Assembly (NCBI GenBank): GCA_040285825.1
Contig: JAUPSS010000004.1
Span: forward strand, 1,592,550 to 1,656,549
DNA length: 64,000 bases
Direction of reading: 5' to 3'
Source of the DNA: Eukaryota sp. TZLM1-RC
Lineage: Eukaryota > Protista > Metamonada: BaSk clade
This document shows positions 21,750 to 33,113 of this stretch, in pieces; position 1 is the first letter of the stretch; every line of letters begins with the position of its first letter. Below the pieces are notes generated by a model, which saw only the letters and a program-made list of their open reading frames with translations, was not told the origin of the DNA and did no database searches. A program made the position numbers and the translations under genes.

Positions 21750-24033
21750 GTAATTACTGGAGCCCGTAAGGAATCCGTCCTGCCTCATGTCCCTGTCCAG
21801 AATCCCGCGAACCTAGTAGCTCCATATTTAAGTCATACCGGTAGAGAATCCGTCTCCCGTTATGTAGAAGCTCTAAAGGTTTATGCCCAGCGTATGTCTT
21901 GCCATGTCATGTCAGACATGACAAGATACCCTCCTGAGACTAACTCCCAGTCCTCCTCCGCTAAGGAAGCCTCCCGTCGCCCCTCTGCTCCCGACGCTGA
22001 CCCTGCCATCTCCGCCATGACTAAGGAGATAGAAGACTTGAGAAGCAGACTCTCTCAAGTTTCTTCCCAGTCACAAGCTTTCAATGAAGCCTCCGATTCC
22101 GACACTGAGCCCATTCAAGCCAATGAATGCTCTACTCCCGTTTCCTCTCGTCCTCATGATGATCCCGATGGAGATCCAAATTCTCTCTCTCGACCCTGCT
22201 GACCAACCCGGACTAACCTCATTTGAACACCGCCTCAGATCTGATGAAGACCGCCTCTTCGACGCGATGTTGCCTTACATTCCGTATACCATCGCTCCAA
22301 TCGTCCTAGAGACTTTCGAGATTTGCCACGGTATAGATCCCAGAGTCCCCTCAGCCATCCTGACTCATTTATTGTCAATGTGCCAACTAGAAGACCCAGC
22401 TAGTGTTTATCACCGATTCCAGTCCCTCCGTCTTTCTCTCTCTGCTCCCACAGTTAATGAAGCTGTCACGTCTTATATTTCTGAGTTCCTCAAACTCGTC
22501 CGACTCTGTCCCTCTCCTCTCCCTGAATCTGCAAAGATGAAGTTTTTCTCCAACGGAATCCGCCCCGACAAACTGAAGATGGTCATAAAGACTGATATAG
22601 AAGTTGGATCCATCTACAGCTTTGCCTCTCTTGTCTCCCGCCTCCGTGAACTCCTCCCTGCTTATCACCTCCCCTATTCGGCTTACTATGCCAATAGAGA
22701 CATTGCTCCTCCTCCTTCTAGAGACTCTCGCCCTCCTCGACGATCTTCCGCTTCTCCTAGAACTACTCGACAGCCTCCTCGTAACTCCTCTTCCCGTCCT
22801 GCTCCCTCTTCAGCCAAGCCACCCGCCTCCTCCTATTCTCAACGCTCCACTTATTCTACTCCTACTCCTAGCTCTCCCATGACCTGCTTCTACTGCAAAG
22901 AACCAGGCCATATGATCAAGGATTGCCCCAAGTCCGGATGCAAAGCCAGCCAGAAGCCTCGTCGTCGCCCTCTCGGAAAGAAACCATCCCTTCAAAGGAA
23001 GCACTTCACTAGAAGAAGTGTAAACCAAGTAACTCATGCTGCCCATGATGATCGCCCTGACTCCGTAAACTCCATTATCGATTCAATCCAAGAAGCCATT
23101 CAAGAAGATCACCGAATAGATGCTACTTATCTTCATGGTTTGAGCTCCTCCTCCTCTTCCTCCTCTGATAATGAGCCGTATAGAGCCACCTTGAATCCAT
23201 TTTCTACAATAAACCATAGTACTTACTCTTCCTCTCTACATCAACACTCTGCTATGGTACACCAGCAAGCCGAAGATTTCCAACACCTTTTCAACAATCT
23301 TGAATCTTTTACCTCTGCCCTAGCTTCACGAGACAACGCCCTTACCTCTCCCTACCCGTCACCCTCTGATTCTGGATTAGACTCTTCCTCAGACTCTCTG
23401 TCCGAAGCGCCCGAAGTAGTTTCTAAGGTAGACTCTAATAGCCACATGGTACCGCCAGGCAACGCTCCTTCCCGCCAAAATGGTTCTTTGCTGTTGGAAG
23501 CTAGTCCCGACCTCAGCTCTGAACCAGGGATGATCGACGCAGACTGTGCTCGTCACGACGGTGGAGTAACGCGTGGACCATTAGAATCTCACCTTCAGAA
23601 CTCTTCTAAAGCCGAAGACTCTGAGTCCTTAAGAACCGCTCCTGCCCAGAGTTTTGAACCGTTTGTCTCCTTATCAGCCCAGGAACTCAATAAGCCCTTG
23701 GATAAGAAGCTCCTCCATCTCAAGATCTATGTTGAATCTCAGACCATGCTCAATGGAATGGTAGACACTGGTGCTACTGTATCCTGTATTTCTCATGATC
23801 TCCTGAAGCAGGCTAAGCTGAAACTAACCTCCAAGACTCTAGAAGTTGGTTTATCCGATAAAATTAAGCTCTCCTGCCCTCTTGCCTCTGGAAAACTCGC
23901 TTTTGCCCTAGATGGTGCTGCCAAGCTCACCTACGTGAATGTAACTCTTGCTGTCTTGCAGAATTCGAATAGGTCACAGAATTCGAATAGGTCTCCACAA
24001 GTGCTCGTTCCAAACCAAGGAACATCCAATTAA
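21726..24033 (+). pseudogene. gag-protease of element B, frameshifted at a (CT)n run near 22185
   Basis: ORFs 21726-22202 and 22084-24033 overlap; adding one CT unit fuses them. Motifs CFYCKEPGHMIKDC and MVDTGA. ATG lies inside the 5' LTR. Confidence 0.85.
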
Positions 24034-27000
24034 AGTCCTTGGATCTAGTTTCGAAAACGGCCAACGAAGAATAGACCCCTCCAAGATCGAATCCATAACC
24101 AAGCTTGCTCCTCCCTCCTCTGTTCCCGAACTCAGATCTTTTATAGGATCTGTGAACTTCCTCCGCGATTGGTTGCCTTCTGTATCCGCTGAAATCGAAC
24201 CTCTGACTGCCCTTCTCCGAAATAAACCCAGAAGAGTTCGATTAGGCCCAGCTGAACTCAAGAACTTCGAAAACATCAAGAACATGATAACTCGTAGCTT
24301 ACCTCTTGCCCTCCCTGACTCTGACAGCAACATTTTAATCTCAACCGACGCCTCAGAAAAAGCCATTGCCGGAATCATCTGGAAAGAACTGGAACCCTCT
24401 CCTCCTGAAACTTGTCTCTCCAAGCGTAAGGTGATGCCTATCTCATTCTACTCCAGAATCTTGTCCTCCTCCCAGCAACGTTGGTCTACTCTCCAGAAAG
24501 AGTTATTTGCTATTGTAATGACTCTCAACCAACCTAACTTGTCGTCTTTCCTGCTCACCAGACACTTGACAATCTTTTGTGATCACAAGAACCTTTTGTA
24601 TCTATTTAGCTGTCCCGACTCAAACCGTGTAGTACTCCGCTGGATCCCTGTATTACAATCATTCTCGTTTGACTGTGTACATATCGAAGGCCCCAAGAAC
24701 TTTTGGGCAGACTATTTATCCCGCGCCTCTCTTCTCCCCGAAAAGAAAGAGAAGAAGACCAGAGATATCTGTGATAACTCCACTCCCAAACTGTGTTGCA
24801 TGATGACCTATCAAGACCAGGCCAAGTCTCCTCTATGGAACTACCTAAATCTTGATGATCTGAGACACTTCGACACAGATCGCTGGTATGACATCGACTA
24901 TGTTACTGCTGAACGAATCCTTCATCCTTCCGCCCTCCGCTCGAAGCACAGTACCATGGCTTACCTGAATTCTTTGAAACATTTCATTCACTACAACGTG
25001 AATCCAGAACCGTACGACTATCTTGCTTCTTCCTCCGCTAAGTACTTTATCTTATCCACCGACCTGCCCTTTTTATATAAGGACGTCTCCGCCCCAAAAG
25101 ACTATGACTTTAGTTATCCCCTGAACTTGCCCTCTCGATATCTCACTGTTAATGATATCATCCAGCAAGCCAATTGGAATGCTCGAGTTTATTTCCATCA
25201 TCCAAGAATGCCCTTTCTGGATTATCTCCCAGAAGTTGTACCACAGAACGCCCATCTCATAGTCCTCAACCACGCCCCTCCGCGTACCACCATTGGGGAC
25301 TTGCTCTCCGCTGTTGACATATTTCACATCGTTCCTCTCCCCACTTACATGGTTCCTTTTGACCTTGGACATAATCGTTATATCTCTGACCGTTTCCTTA
25401 ACGTTATACTTCTACCCGATGCCAAAGGAGTCGCTCACGACTTTGAACGAAATCTGTGGTATAGAGCTACCACAGCTAGTGAACGTTATGTATTCCATGA
25501 TCTTGTCCCTCCTCGTTGTAACCCTCAGGAATGTCCTGACTCTCCTCGTTGTGATCACTACCCCTGGACTCCTGACACAATCAAACCCTGTCCATACGGT
25601 GATCAACTCTATGACTGCTGTCTTCATCCTCAGTTCCATAAATATTCTGACTTACCTTGCTGCAACGTACCAATCGGACCCCTCTACCCTGACTCAGACT
25701 ACCGGATGTATCTGCTGAATCCTTGTGCCGACGTAACCACCTATATCCCTCTCTGTCTATTGAAGCCGATTGTTCACAGAATTTATCATTACGATAACGA
25801 TGAACTGAGTCCTTGTCTCCTTGCCATCCCCGGAATAAAACTAGTCTATGGAGACCAGATTGATCCCAGTGATCGATCTATTCATTGTCATTTAATGCCA
25901 CTGGATTACTCTTCCGTAGCTGAAGCTGAATTTGACAACCCAGACCCCGACTTTATTCACGATGAATCAACTACCTGCTCTCACTTCCCGGATCTGATCA
26001 ACATGTACTTTAATGGACCTATTCAACATCACTCAAGGTTGGACTTCATTTTCCAAGACAAACGACTAGAGATAGTCCCTCATCCTACTCATTCCCATGC
26101 TTTCGCCTTGCCTGGATACCCTGCTGATCAACCGAGGTACTACTTACCATCTTTCACAAGCGAACTGCCGTCTAGATTAGAAATTTTCGAAGCTAACCCA
26201 TCTATGTTTGACCATGAACGATTTCTCAAAGAACAAAGCATGTCCCCTGCCGAAGGCCTTCCTTCCCGCGAAGATCCTGATCAGCCCATTGATGTATCTT
26301 CCGATTCATCTGACGAAGTCCACCTTGTCTCCACTATTACCTCCTCAAGTACCTCTGATTCCTCTGTCCAAGAATTGCTCCCGTCCAGTCCTCCCAGCTC
26401 CCCTGCCGCCGCTTTCTTGAATAAGATCTTTAAGGACCAGCAGAAGGTGCCTGATAATGATCCTCTGTTTAAAGACTGCATCATCGAAGCCAAATCCGGA
26501 TTGAAGCTTACCAAATCTGGAAAGATCCTGATTCCTCCGTCCACACGCCCTGAGATCCTCCTGCTCGCCCACGGTTCTATCGAAGCCGGACACCCTCCCT
26601 TTGCTCAATGCTGGAAGTCCCTTCAACAATCTGACTTTCACTGGCCCAATATGCGTAATGACTTGCAAACCCACGTCAATGCTTGTATCTTTTGCCAAAA
26701 GACTGCCCCCGTTCCAAAGACATTGATCTCCTCCACTGGATCCTTGAATTCAGTTCGCCGCCCATTTGAAAGTCTCCACTGTGACTCCATTGGCCCCCTG
26801 TCCGTTGACTCCTATGGTTACCGATATATTGTTCATTTTGTTGATGCATTCTCCAAGTGCAGTATCCTAGTTCCTACGAAAGATCTTAAAGCATTAACTG
26901 TAGCCAACTCTTTAATCTCTTCTGTTTACTCCATTTTCGGTGCCCCACGTCATATACACTCTGATAATGGTCCCGAATTCGCCAACAAGATATTTAGTCT

Positions 27001-27826
27001 GCTATGCCAATTCCTGAACGTTGAACACACCCAATCCTTGCCTCACTACCATCAATCCAATGGATTAGTAGAACGCCAACACCGAAGCTTTCTCCAAGTC
27101 ATTCGTCGTATGCTGCTCGACTTCTCCGATTATGACAACTGGTCTGATTACGTTCCCCTCTGCCAGATGGTATTGAACTCACAAGAAAGGAAAGCTCTGA
27201 ACGCCTCCCCATATAGTCTAATTTTTGGTTCTGACACCTCTCCTCGTCTCTTGCCAAACCAGCTATTGACTTCCTTTGCTTCCCATCCCTTGCCTGCCGA
27301 CAAGCCTGAGTTCATAGAACACCTAGTTACTCTTACGAAGAAACTATTAGCTTCATGGGATGCTGTAACCCAGTCCTCTGCTCCTCCCCCCGCTGATATA
27401 CCTGAGCCTCCGTACATTCCCCAAGTCAATGATCGAGTTTTTGTTCTGCGCGAGAAGCCAGACAAACTCCACGGTCACTTTGTTGGCCCCTATATCGTTC
27501 TCAAGGTCCTCTCCTCTAGCTCTCTCCTGGTCCAGAACCCTGTTTCAGGCTCATCCCTCAAGACAGCCACTCACCTAGTAAAGCCCTGCTTGTCTTCTCT
27601 TCCACCTGAGATACTTAACGCCTATGTTGCCGCTGATTCTGGCGAGCTTATCCTGGACGCGATAATAGATATCTCCGACGATTCCGCCACTGTACTTTGG
27701 TCTGATGGAACCACCACCGTACAGCCCGTCTCCTCCATCCGGAACACTGCAGCCTACTCCCGATACTCCAAGCTCGCCGCTGATCCTCCTAAATCCCGCC
27801 GAAAAAGAAAGAGAAGGCAGTGTTAG
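23948..27826 (+). CDS. pol remainder: RT thumb, RNase H, ~550-aa unknown insert, integrase, chromodomain-like tail
   Basis: LRSFIGSVNF, TDASE, ELFA, CDHKNL, WADYLSR; GHP..CIFC, HCD, HSDNGPEF, NGLVER, GPY. Stop codon TAG is inside the 3' LTR. Confidence 0.9.
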   Translation: MLSCRIRIGHRIRIGLHKCSFQTKEHPIKVLGSSFENGQRRIDPSKIESITKLAPPSSVPELRSFIGSVNFLRDWLPSVSAEIEPLTALLRNKPRRVRLGPAELKNFENIKNMITRSLPLALPDSDSNILISTDASEKAIAGIIWKELEPSPPETCLSKRKVMPISFYSRILSSSQQRWSTLQKELFAIVMTLNQPNLSSFLLTRHLTIFCDHKNLLYLFSCPDSNRVVLRWIPVLQSFSFDCVHIEGPKNFWADYLSRASLLPEKKEKKTRDICDNSTPKLCCMMTYQDQAKSPLWNYLNLDDLRHFDTDRWYDIDYVTAERILHPSALRSKHSTMAYLNSLKHFIHYNVNPEPYDYLASSSAKYFILSTDLPFLYKDVSAPKDYDFSYPLNLPSRYLTVNDIIQQANWNARVYFHHPRMPFLDYLPEVVPQNAHLIVLNHAPPRTTIGDLLSAVDIFHIVPLPTYMVPFDLGHNRYISDRFLNVILLPDAKGVAHDFERNLWYRATTASERYVFHDLVPPRCNPQECPDSPRCDHYPWTPDTIKPCPYGDQLYDCCLHPQFHKYSDLPCCNVPIGPLYPDSDYRMYLLNPCADVTTYIPLCLLKPIVHRIYHYDNDELSPCLLAIPGIKLVYGDQIDPSDRSIHCHLMPLDYSSVAEAEFDNPDPDFIHDESTTCSHFPDLINMYFNGPIQHHSRLDFIFQDKRLEIVPHPTHSHAFALPGYPADQPRYYLPSFTSELPSRLEIFEANPSMFDHERFLKEQSMSPAEGLPSREDPDQPIDVSSDSSDEVHLVSTITSSSTSDSSVQELLPSSPPSSPAAAFLNKIFKDQQKVPDNDPLFKDCIIEAKSGLKLTKSGKILIPPSTRPEILLLAHGSIEAGHPPFAQCWKSLQQSDFHWPNMRNDLQTHVNACIFCQKTAPVPKTLISSTGSLNSVRRPFESLHCDSIGPLSVDSYGYRYIVHFVDAFSKCSILVPTKDLKALTVANSLISSVYSIFGAPRHIHSDNGPEFANKIFSLLCQFLNVEHTQSLPHYHQSNGLVERQHRSFLQVIRRMLLDFSDYDNWSDYVPLCQMVLNSQERKALNASPYSLIFGSDTSPRLLPNQLLTSFASHPLPADKPEFIEHLVTLTKKLLASWDAVTQSSAPPPADIPEPPYIPQVNDRVFVLREKPDKLHGHFVGPYIVLKVLSSSSLLVQNPVSGSSLKTATHLVKPCLSSLPPEILNAYVAADSGELILDAIIDISDDSATVLWSDGTTTVQPVSSIRNTAAYSRYSKLAADPPKSRRKRKRRQC

Positions 27827-27972
27827 CTGGAGCTAAACGTGACTTTCCCATTTAGGAAAGAGGATCACGTCATCATTAGTTTAAATTGTAGTTTTGTTTA
27901 TTTTTATTTGATTTCTTATATTCTGTTCATAAACTTCTGTTTCTGTTTATGTTTAGTGCACGAAAAGCAACA
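27821..27972 (+). repeat. 3' LTR of element B
   Basis: Direct repeat of 21598-21749, followed by ATAT. Confidence 0.95.
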
Positions 27973-29190
27973 ATATGATTTGCACATTGCATGGATTTGG
28001 TCTCGAACCACATCATGAAGTGAAGAACGATAGCTGATGAAACGGTTACAGCTAAACAGATGTGACAAACTAAGTTGTTTTCCACACTTACAAAACAAAT
28101 TGTTTGGAAGGTTACAAGGCCATAAGTAACACCTTGATCTCATGGTTGTAGTCCATTGATGATCATTTAACCACAATCCATATACCTGAGGTACTTGAGT
28201 AAATAAAGCAATAGATGAACTTTCTTTCAAATCAATTAAAAAATTTGTGAAAGTGGGATTTGTTTCTTTGGCCAAGCCAACACGAGCAGAAAATCATTAC
28301 TTTTGAAATATTTAACTAAATGGTCTTGAAGCTTTTTCAAACAAAACTGAAGAGAAGTTATGGATCGATCAGGAATTTCACGAATGTCTCACGGAAAACA
28401 AGTTTGCCACAGGTCAGGCGAAAGACTGGAGACCTTTTGGCGTAGTGAACAAAGAAAAAAGCTATCTACAGTTTCTAGTAATGAACTTCGCGATGGATAT
28501 CTGGAAATAGATTCAAAAACAAATTCTTGCCACCACCAAGGAAGGCTGATTTAATACACCATTTAGACGAGGTGAAACCAACACCTCCAAGATGAGGCTC
28601 AGCAAAAAAATGACTTTTAAAAAGATCAGATTCCACTTGCAAGAGGTGAGACAAAAATTCTGTACGAATTGTGTTAAATTCATGACAAAAATTGTAGGTT
28701 AGTTCAGGCCGGAGTGAACGAAGTAAGTGGGTCATTTTTCCGGAATAACATATTTTCAAAATAAAAAATTTCAAATGTTTCTCAAAAGTCAGTTCTTTGA
28801 TTACTTCAAGTTCTTTTCTAATAGAAATCAGATAATTATGTTATTCCTTTAGCACATGCTGCGAAGAGCCCAAATAGCAACATAAAAAACTTAAACTTTC
28901 AGACAAATAATTAATTTGAGGTACTCTAATTCCGTTGACTTCTAAAGATACTTCAAATTTTGATATGCCAAAACACTCTCCAATAAAAGAAATATCGTCC
29001 ACATAAGTAACTATTTCTACATCAGAATATTTGGTCGTAATTGCTTCTAAAATTGGTTGAATCGTTAAACAAAAGGAAAAAGGACCCAAGGGATCCCCTA
29101 ATTTAACACCTGAAATAGATTTGAGACAAAAAGAATCAGATACTAAATCTGATGAACCACCGTAAAAAGTGGTGAAAATGCATTCACTTG
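27973..29190 (-). mobile_element. Decayed RLE non-LTR element (RT C-half to Zn knuckle), host of element B
   Basis: GVKLGDPLGPF, VTYVDD, CYSGKMTHLLRS, CKCGKQLSLSHLFSC, HDVVRD. Confidence 0.88.
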
Positions 29191-29234
29191 TGTGAAAAGG
29201 GAATCAATTTGGACTGAACCTGAATTTGAACTTG

Positions 29235-31698
29235 AATTCTTTTTTTTTTTCATTTTTTTTAAAACTGGAATATTTATTGAGATAAAAAAAACTCATCTAG
29301 AATTCAATATCCTCCAAACAAGCGTCACTAATACTGAACCTACTCACAGCATTACGTTCATATTCTACACCAATAGCTAAAAGTGCCTTTGAAATCATTA
29401 TTGGAATAGACTTGTAAATGCAAAAAACAATTCTATTTAACTAGAAAGTGGAGTTCATTGTTTTACCAGACCTATTCAGTAACACTTTTTTCAAATTTTC
29501 AAAAAAGTGCAACCCTGAAGGTCCAATATTGCCAAAAAGAGAAATTGCAAACGGCACAAACTGATATTTCACATGTTCCACTCTACCTAACTGTGCTAAA
29601 GGTTCTTCATATTTTTTTATCTTTTTTTTCGGCGTTAGATAACGGCGAATCAGCGGAATACACTAAACGAGCAGCAGAATTTTTGCAAACATCAACTGAG
29701 ACAACATCTACAACATTGAGAACACCATCGATCCCTGGAGCTACTAAATCTGCCCTTCTTTTACCAAAAAAAACATCAGTTTGATCTGAAGACAGCTTAC
29801 GTACTAGTGGCTCAACAAATGCCTCTATATTGAAACTTTTGCACAGGGCATATAATTGATCACGAACTGAGTCATGAACGATTGAGCGATAAGTTATAAA
29901 ATACTTACAGTTTAAAATATGGGAAAGCTGCAGCGACAAATTAAATCATTTGGTAATGAACAAGGCCATAGAAAACATTTCATTCTCATTGCAGTGGTCC
30001 ATTGGTGATCATTGAGTAGAAGGCCATAAATGTTGGGAATTTGGGAGATTAGGCAACTTGAGCAACTGTCTTCAAGATCAATCAAAAAGTTTGCAAAAAC
30101 GGGATTTTTTTCTTGAGCCAAGCTAAGACGTACAATATAATTCAAGTTTTCTAAAACTTTCAAGATTTTTTTCTGCAATTTTGCAAAAGTCAGTGGTAGG
30201 GAGAGCAAGCTGTTTGGAGAAAGTTCCACAATATCAAAGGGGAAACATTTAGACCAAATATTGGGTGAAAGAGTTTCAATTTCCTGTTGCAAAGAAATAA
30301 GATAAGAGCTGCCACAATTTTCAATGAGATCAATTTTTGCAGGAAAACGATTCACAAATTCATAAATAAATTTTTTACCACCTCCAATAAAGGCAGCTTT
30401 ACAAAGGTAGCTTGATTTATGAAAATCAACACCACCAAAATTTGTACCACAAAAAATGTGGCTTCGTAACTGAGATGCATCAATTTCCAATAATTTTGCT
30501 AAAAAAATTGGTTCTTTGTTCATTAAAAATGCGACAAAACTCCAAAGAAATTGATGGTGATGTTGATCTCAAAATATGAGTAAATTTTCCAGAATAACAG
30601 ATTTTGAGGAAAAAGAATTTCAAATGTTTCTCAATATTTAAATTTTCTATTGATTCTAATTCATTTCCAAATTGAGTCAACAGAGTCGAAAGTTGGCCTT
30701 TGACTTCATCAATATTTCCGAGATAACAACCCAAAAACGAAAACCAGAGTGATCATAATTGATAAAGGGGACATTGACATCATTAATGAAAAAATCAATT
30801 GGTTCATGGCCAATAATCAAACATTTGGAGATATTCAATGAAAGACCAATATCTTCATAACGCTGTTGAATAAAAATTGCTATTTGTTTCAGAATTGTAA
30901 TAGGAGCAATTACAGAAATGCCATCCATATATGCTACAATATCTATTTCTGGGAATTTTTCTTTCAATTCGCACATTAATGGATGAATTGCCAGACAAAA
31001 GAAAAAAAACCAAGTGGATCACCTTGTTTAACACCTGAAGACGAAAGCAGGTCAAAGTTTTCATAGACCAATGTTCATGATTTTCCATAAAATGAATAAA
31101 AAACAGGCTCAACTTCAGGAAAATGCTTTCGCAGCAAAGGTAAAATGGAAGAACGAGATACAGAATTGAAAGCATTCTTAAAATCTAAATTGAAGATGTA
31201 ATTAGAATCACTAGAATTAAAAAACACATCCGACGAAAGAGCAGCAGAAGAAGCACCATCAATTGTCTTGATTCCAAATTGAAATGGACTGAAAAATTCC
31301 TTGGCTTTTTTCCCAATTCTATTGAAAACAAGAGACGCAAGAATTCTTGAAAACGATTCTCCAATTGCAATTGGACAGATTTTGGATTGACTTTTTTGAG
31401 GGCAATTAAGCGAGCACTGGTCATTTCAAAAGGGACTTTAAATTTTAACGTAAGAAGATTGTTTAAAAAGAGAACAAGATCATCAGCAATTTCAGGACAC
31501 TGTCCAACAGCTGATTTGATCAAGTCAAAATTCAACAAAGATGGCCCAGGAGCTTTTCCAGTAGGCATTTGCTGAATCAGTTTCAATACCTCTGAAGCAT
31601 TGACAGGATTTTGCAGCCAATAATCAACTGAATCTGGTTTACTACAATGAAAATTTTCTTCTGGATGAAGATGATTCAATTGGAACAATGTGCTTTCA
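29235..31698 (-). mobile_element. Longest RLE/CRE-like non-LTR retrotransposon remnant (RT, Zn knuckle, RLE, poly-A tail); 5' end abuts the tandem array
   Basis: GKAPGPS, ARLIALKK, GVKQGDPLG, AYMDG, HDSVRD, RRADLV...VVDV, EDIEF*, AATAAA, and A-runs (T-runs on + at 29240-29260). Multiple frameshifts. Confidence 0.92.
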
Positions 31699-32276
31699 AG
31701 AGACTCCACCTCCACTATTATTGACTACAATGGCAAGTATACGGTCGTTGCTCCTCTGATATTTTGAGTCGTAAAGGCAGTACTTCAACAACAAGAGACG
31801 CCGTTTTCAGGTTTCTGAAGTTTGTTACTTCGCTTACTGTTGTTTTTGATCCAACATAGACCCTGCATGAACACTAACGAATCCATTCTTCGATTCCATG
31901 AAACCTTTACTAAACGACACTATCACGTTACTCGTTTACGAAAAAGGGAAGAAGCAGAGCGTATTCATGTAGCGATTAAAACATACACACCAAAGTAATC
32001 AAACACATAGATCATGGAACAAGGCCCTTTTCAGTTATTACTTACTATCTTATACTAACATTATTGTAGGAGAGTCATAATACATCAATTGTCGATCTTA
32101 AGAATGTAAAACCAGTGTTTGCGTGAATCCCAATCACTACTAAAATGTTTGTAGACAATAGAAAACATAGGAATTTGGTATTTTGTTCTTGGTTGTTATA
32201 GTTATTTAGTTATTTGTTCATAGTTTCAGTTTCATATTCATATAAGCTGATTTATTTTGAAAAAGGGAAGAAGCAG

Positions 32277-32368
32277 TGTTGGCGCCCTCAGGCTTATATA
32301 ATATGATTAGAAAATAAATCAACTTTTCCTCATTGGCTTTTCCTTATTACAATCGACTTTGGGCAACA
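32277..32368 (+). repeat. LTR (92 bp) within the array unit, first of six copies
   Basis: TG...CA with terminal inverted repeat, PPT upstream, palindrome downstream, similar to the 52553-52631 LTR. Confidence 0.85.
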
Positions 32369-32504
32369 ATAATTATTGGCCATTTTAAAGTCAAAGGTAT
32401 ACCGCAAATAACCTCAGTACTCAACATGAAACCAAATAACCAGATATTTCATTATGTCAGACATCTTGTAGGAAAACTCTGACCTTACTTGTTCATTACC
32501 TAAC

Positions 32505-33113
32505 ATGCAGCAACAGGAACAACAACAGGACATACATACATACGATCAAGAGGGTAACAAGGTAGCGGAACCGGATCCCATCTCCCCCTCCCCAAAAGTT
32601 AAAAATGAAATATCGAACGAGGTCCCTCCTTCTTCAGTTATAGAAGAAGTTACGAGAACGGACCCGGCTCCCTCTCCCCTCAAGGAAAAAAATTCCTCTA
32701 TAGAGGTTACGAAAACGGATTTGAATCCCTCTCCCCTCAAGAATATAGGATTGACCACGGGGGGAACGAGAACGGACCCGGCTCCCTCTCCGCTCCCCAA
32801 TATAGAACCTGTCTCAAAGGGTACGGATGAAAATCCCACCTTAGACACGTTTTCCCCACTGGGAGAGTATGAAGAAATTCAATCTCAATTAGATGAGATG
32901 GAAGAAGAAGACGACTCCAGTGATGGAGTTTACAAACTCTTAACAAGGACGCAGAGCCTTACCTCGATTCCATGGACTTTTATATATACAAGCAGCTCCC
33001 TTCCTTTATGGACCCAACACAAAAAAAGTCGACTACATACGAGGTTACAAATAGAGACTCCACCTCCACTATTATTGACTACAATGGCAAATATACGGTC
33101 GTTGCTCCTCTGA
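32505..33113 (+). CDS. 202-aa Pro/Ser/Thr-rich ORF of the array unit (probable truncated Gag N-terminus); repeated at 33859, 35213, ~36569 (frameshifted) and 37922
   Basis: Sits downstream of the LTR and contains EVTRTDPAPSPL repeats, resembling the S/P-rich leaders of elements A and C. Expression unknown. Confidence 0.5.
   Translation: MQQQEQQQDIHTYDQEGNKVAEPDPISPSPKVKNEISNEVPPSSVIEEVTRTDPAPSPLKEKNSSIEVTKTDLNPSPLKNIGLTTGGTRTDPAPSPLPNIEPVSKGTDENPTLDTFSPLGEYEEIQSQLDEMEEEDDSSDGVYKLLTRTQSLTSIPWTFIYTSSSLPLWTQHKKSRLHTRLQIETPPPLLLTTMANIRSLLL

Larger units (their letters stand above)
21598..27972 (+). mobile_element. Gypsy chromovirus-like LTR element, family B (6375 bp), RT core deleted
   Basis: 152-bp LTRs 21598-21749 and 27821-27972 with one mismatch, TSD ATAT, PPT GAAAAAGAAAGAGAAGGCAG. 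Gag knuckle, PR, RH, IN and chromo-like tail present, but no YxDD. Confidence 0.96.

Noticed and set aside
22170-22202. Programmed frameshift in element B gag
   Set aside because: It lies at a (CT)n microsatellite inside gag rather than at the gag-pol boundary; loss of one CT unit explains it.
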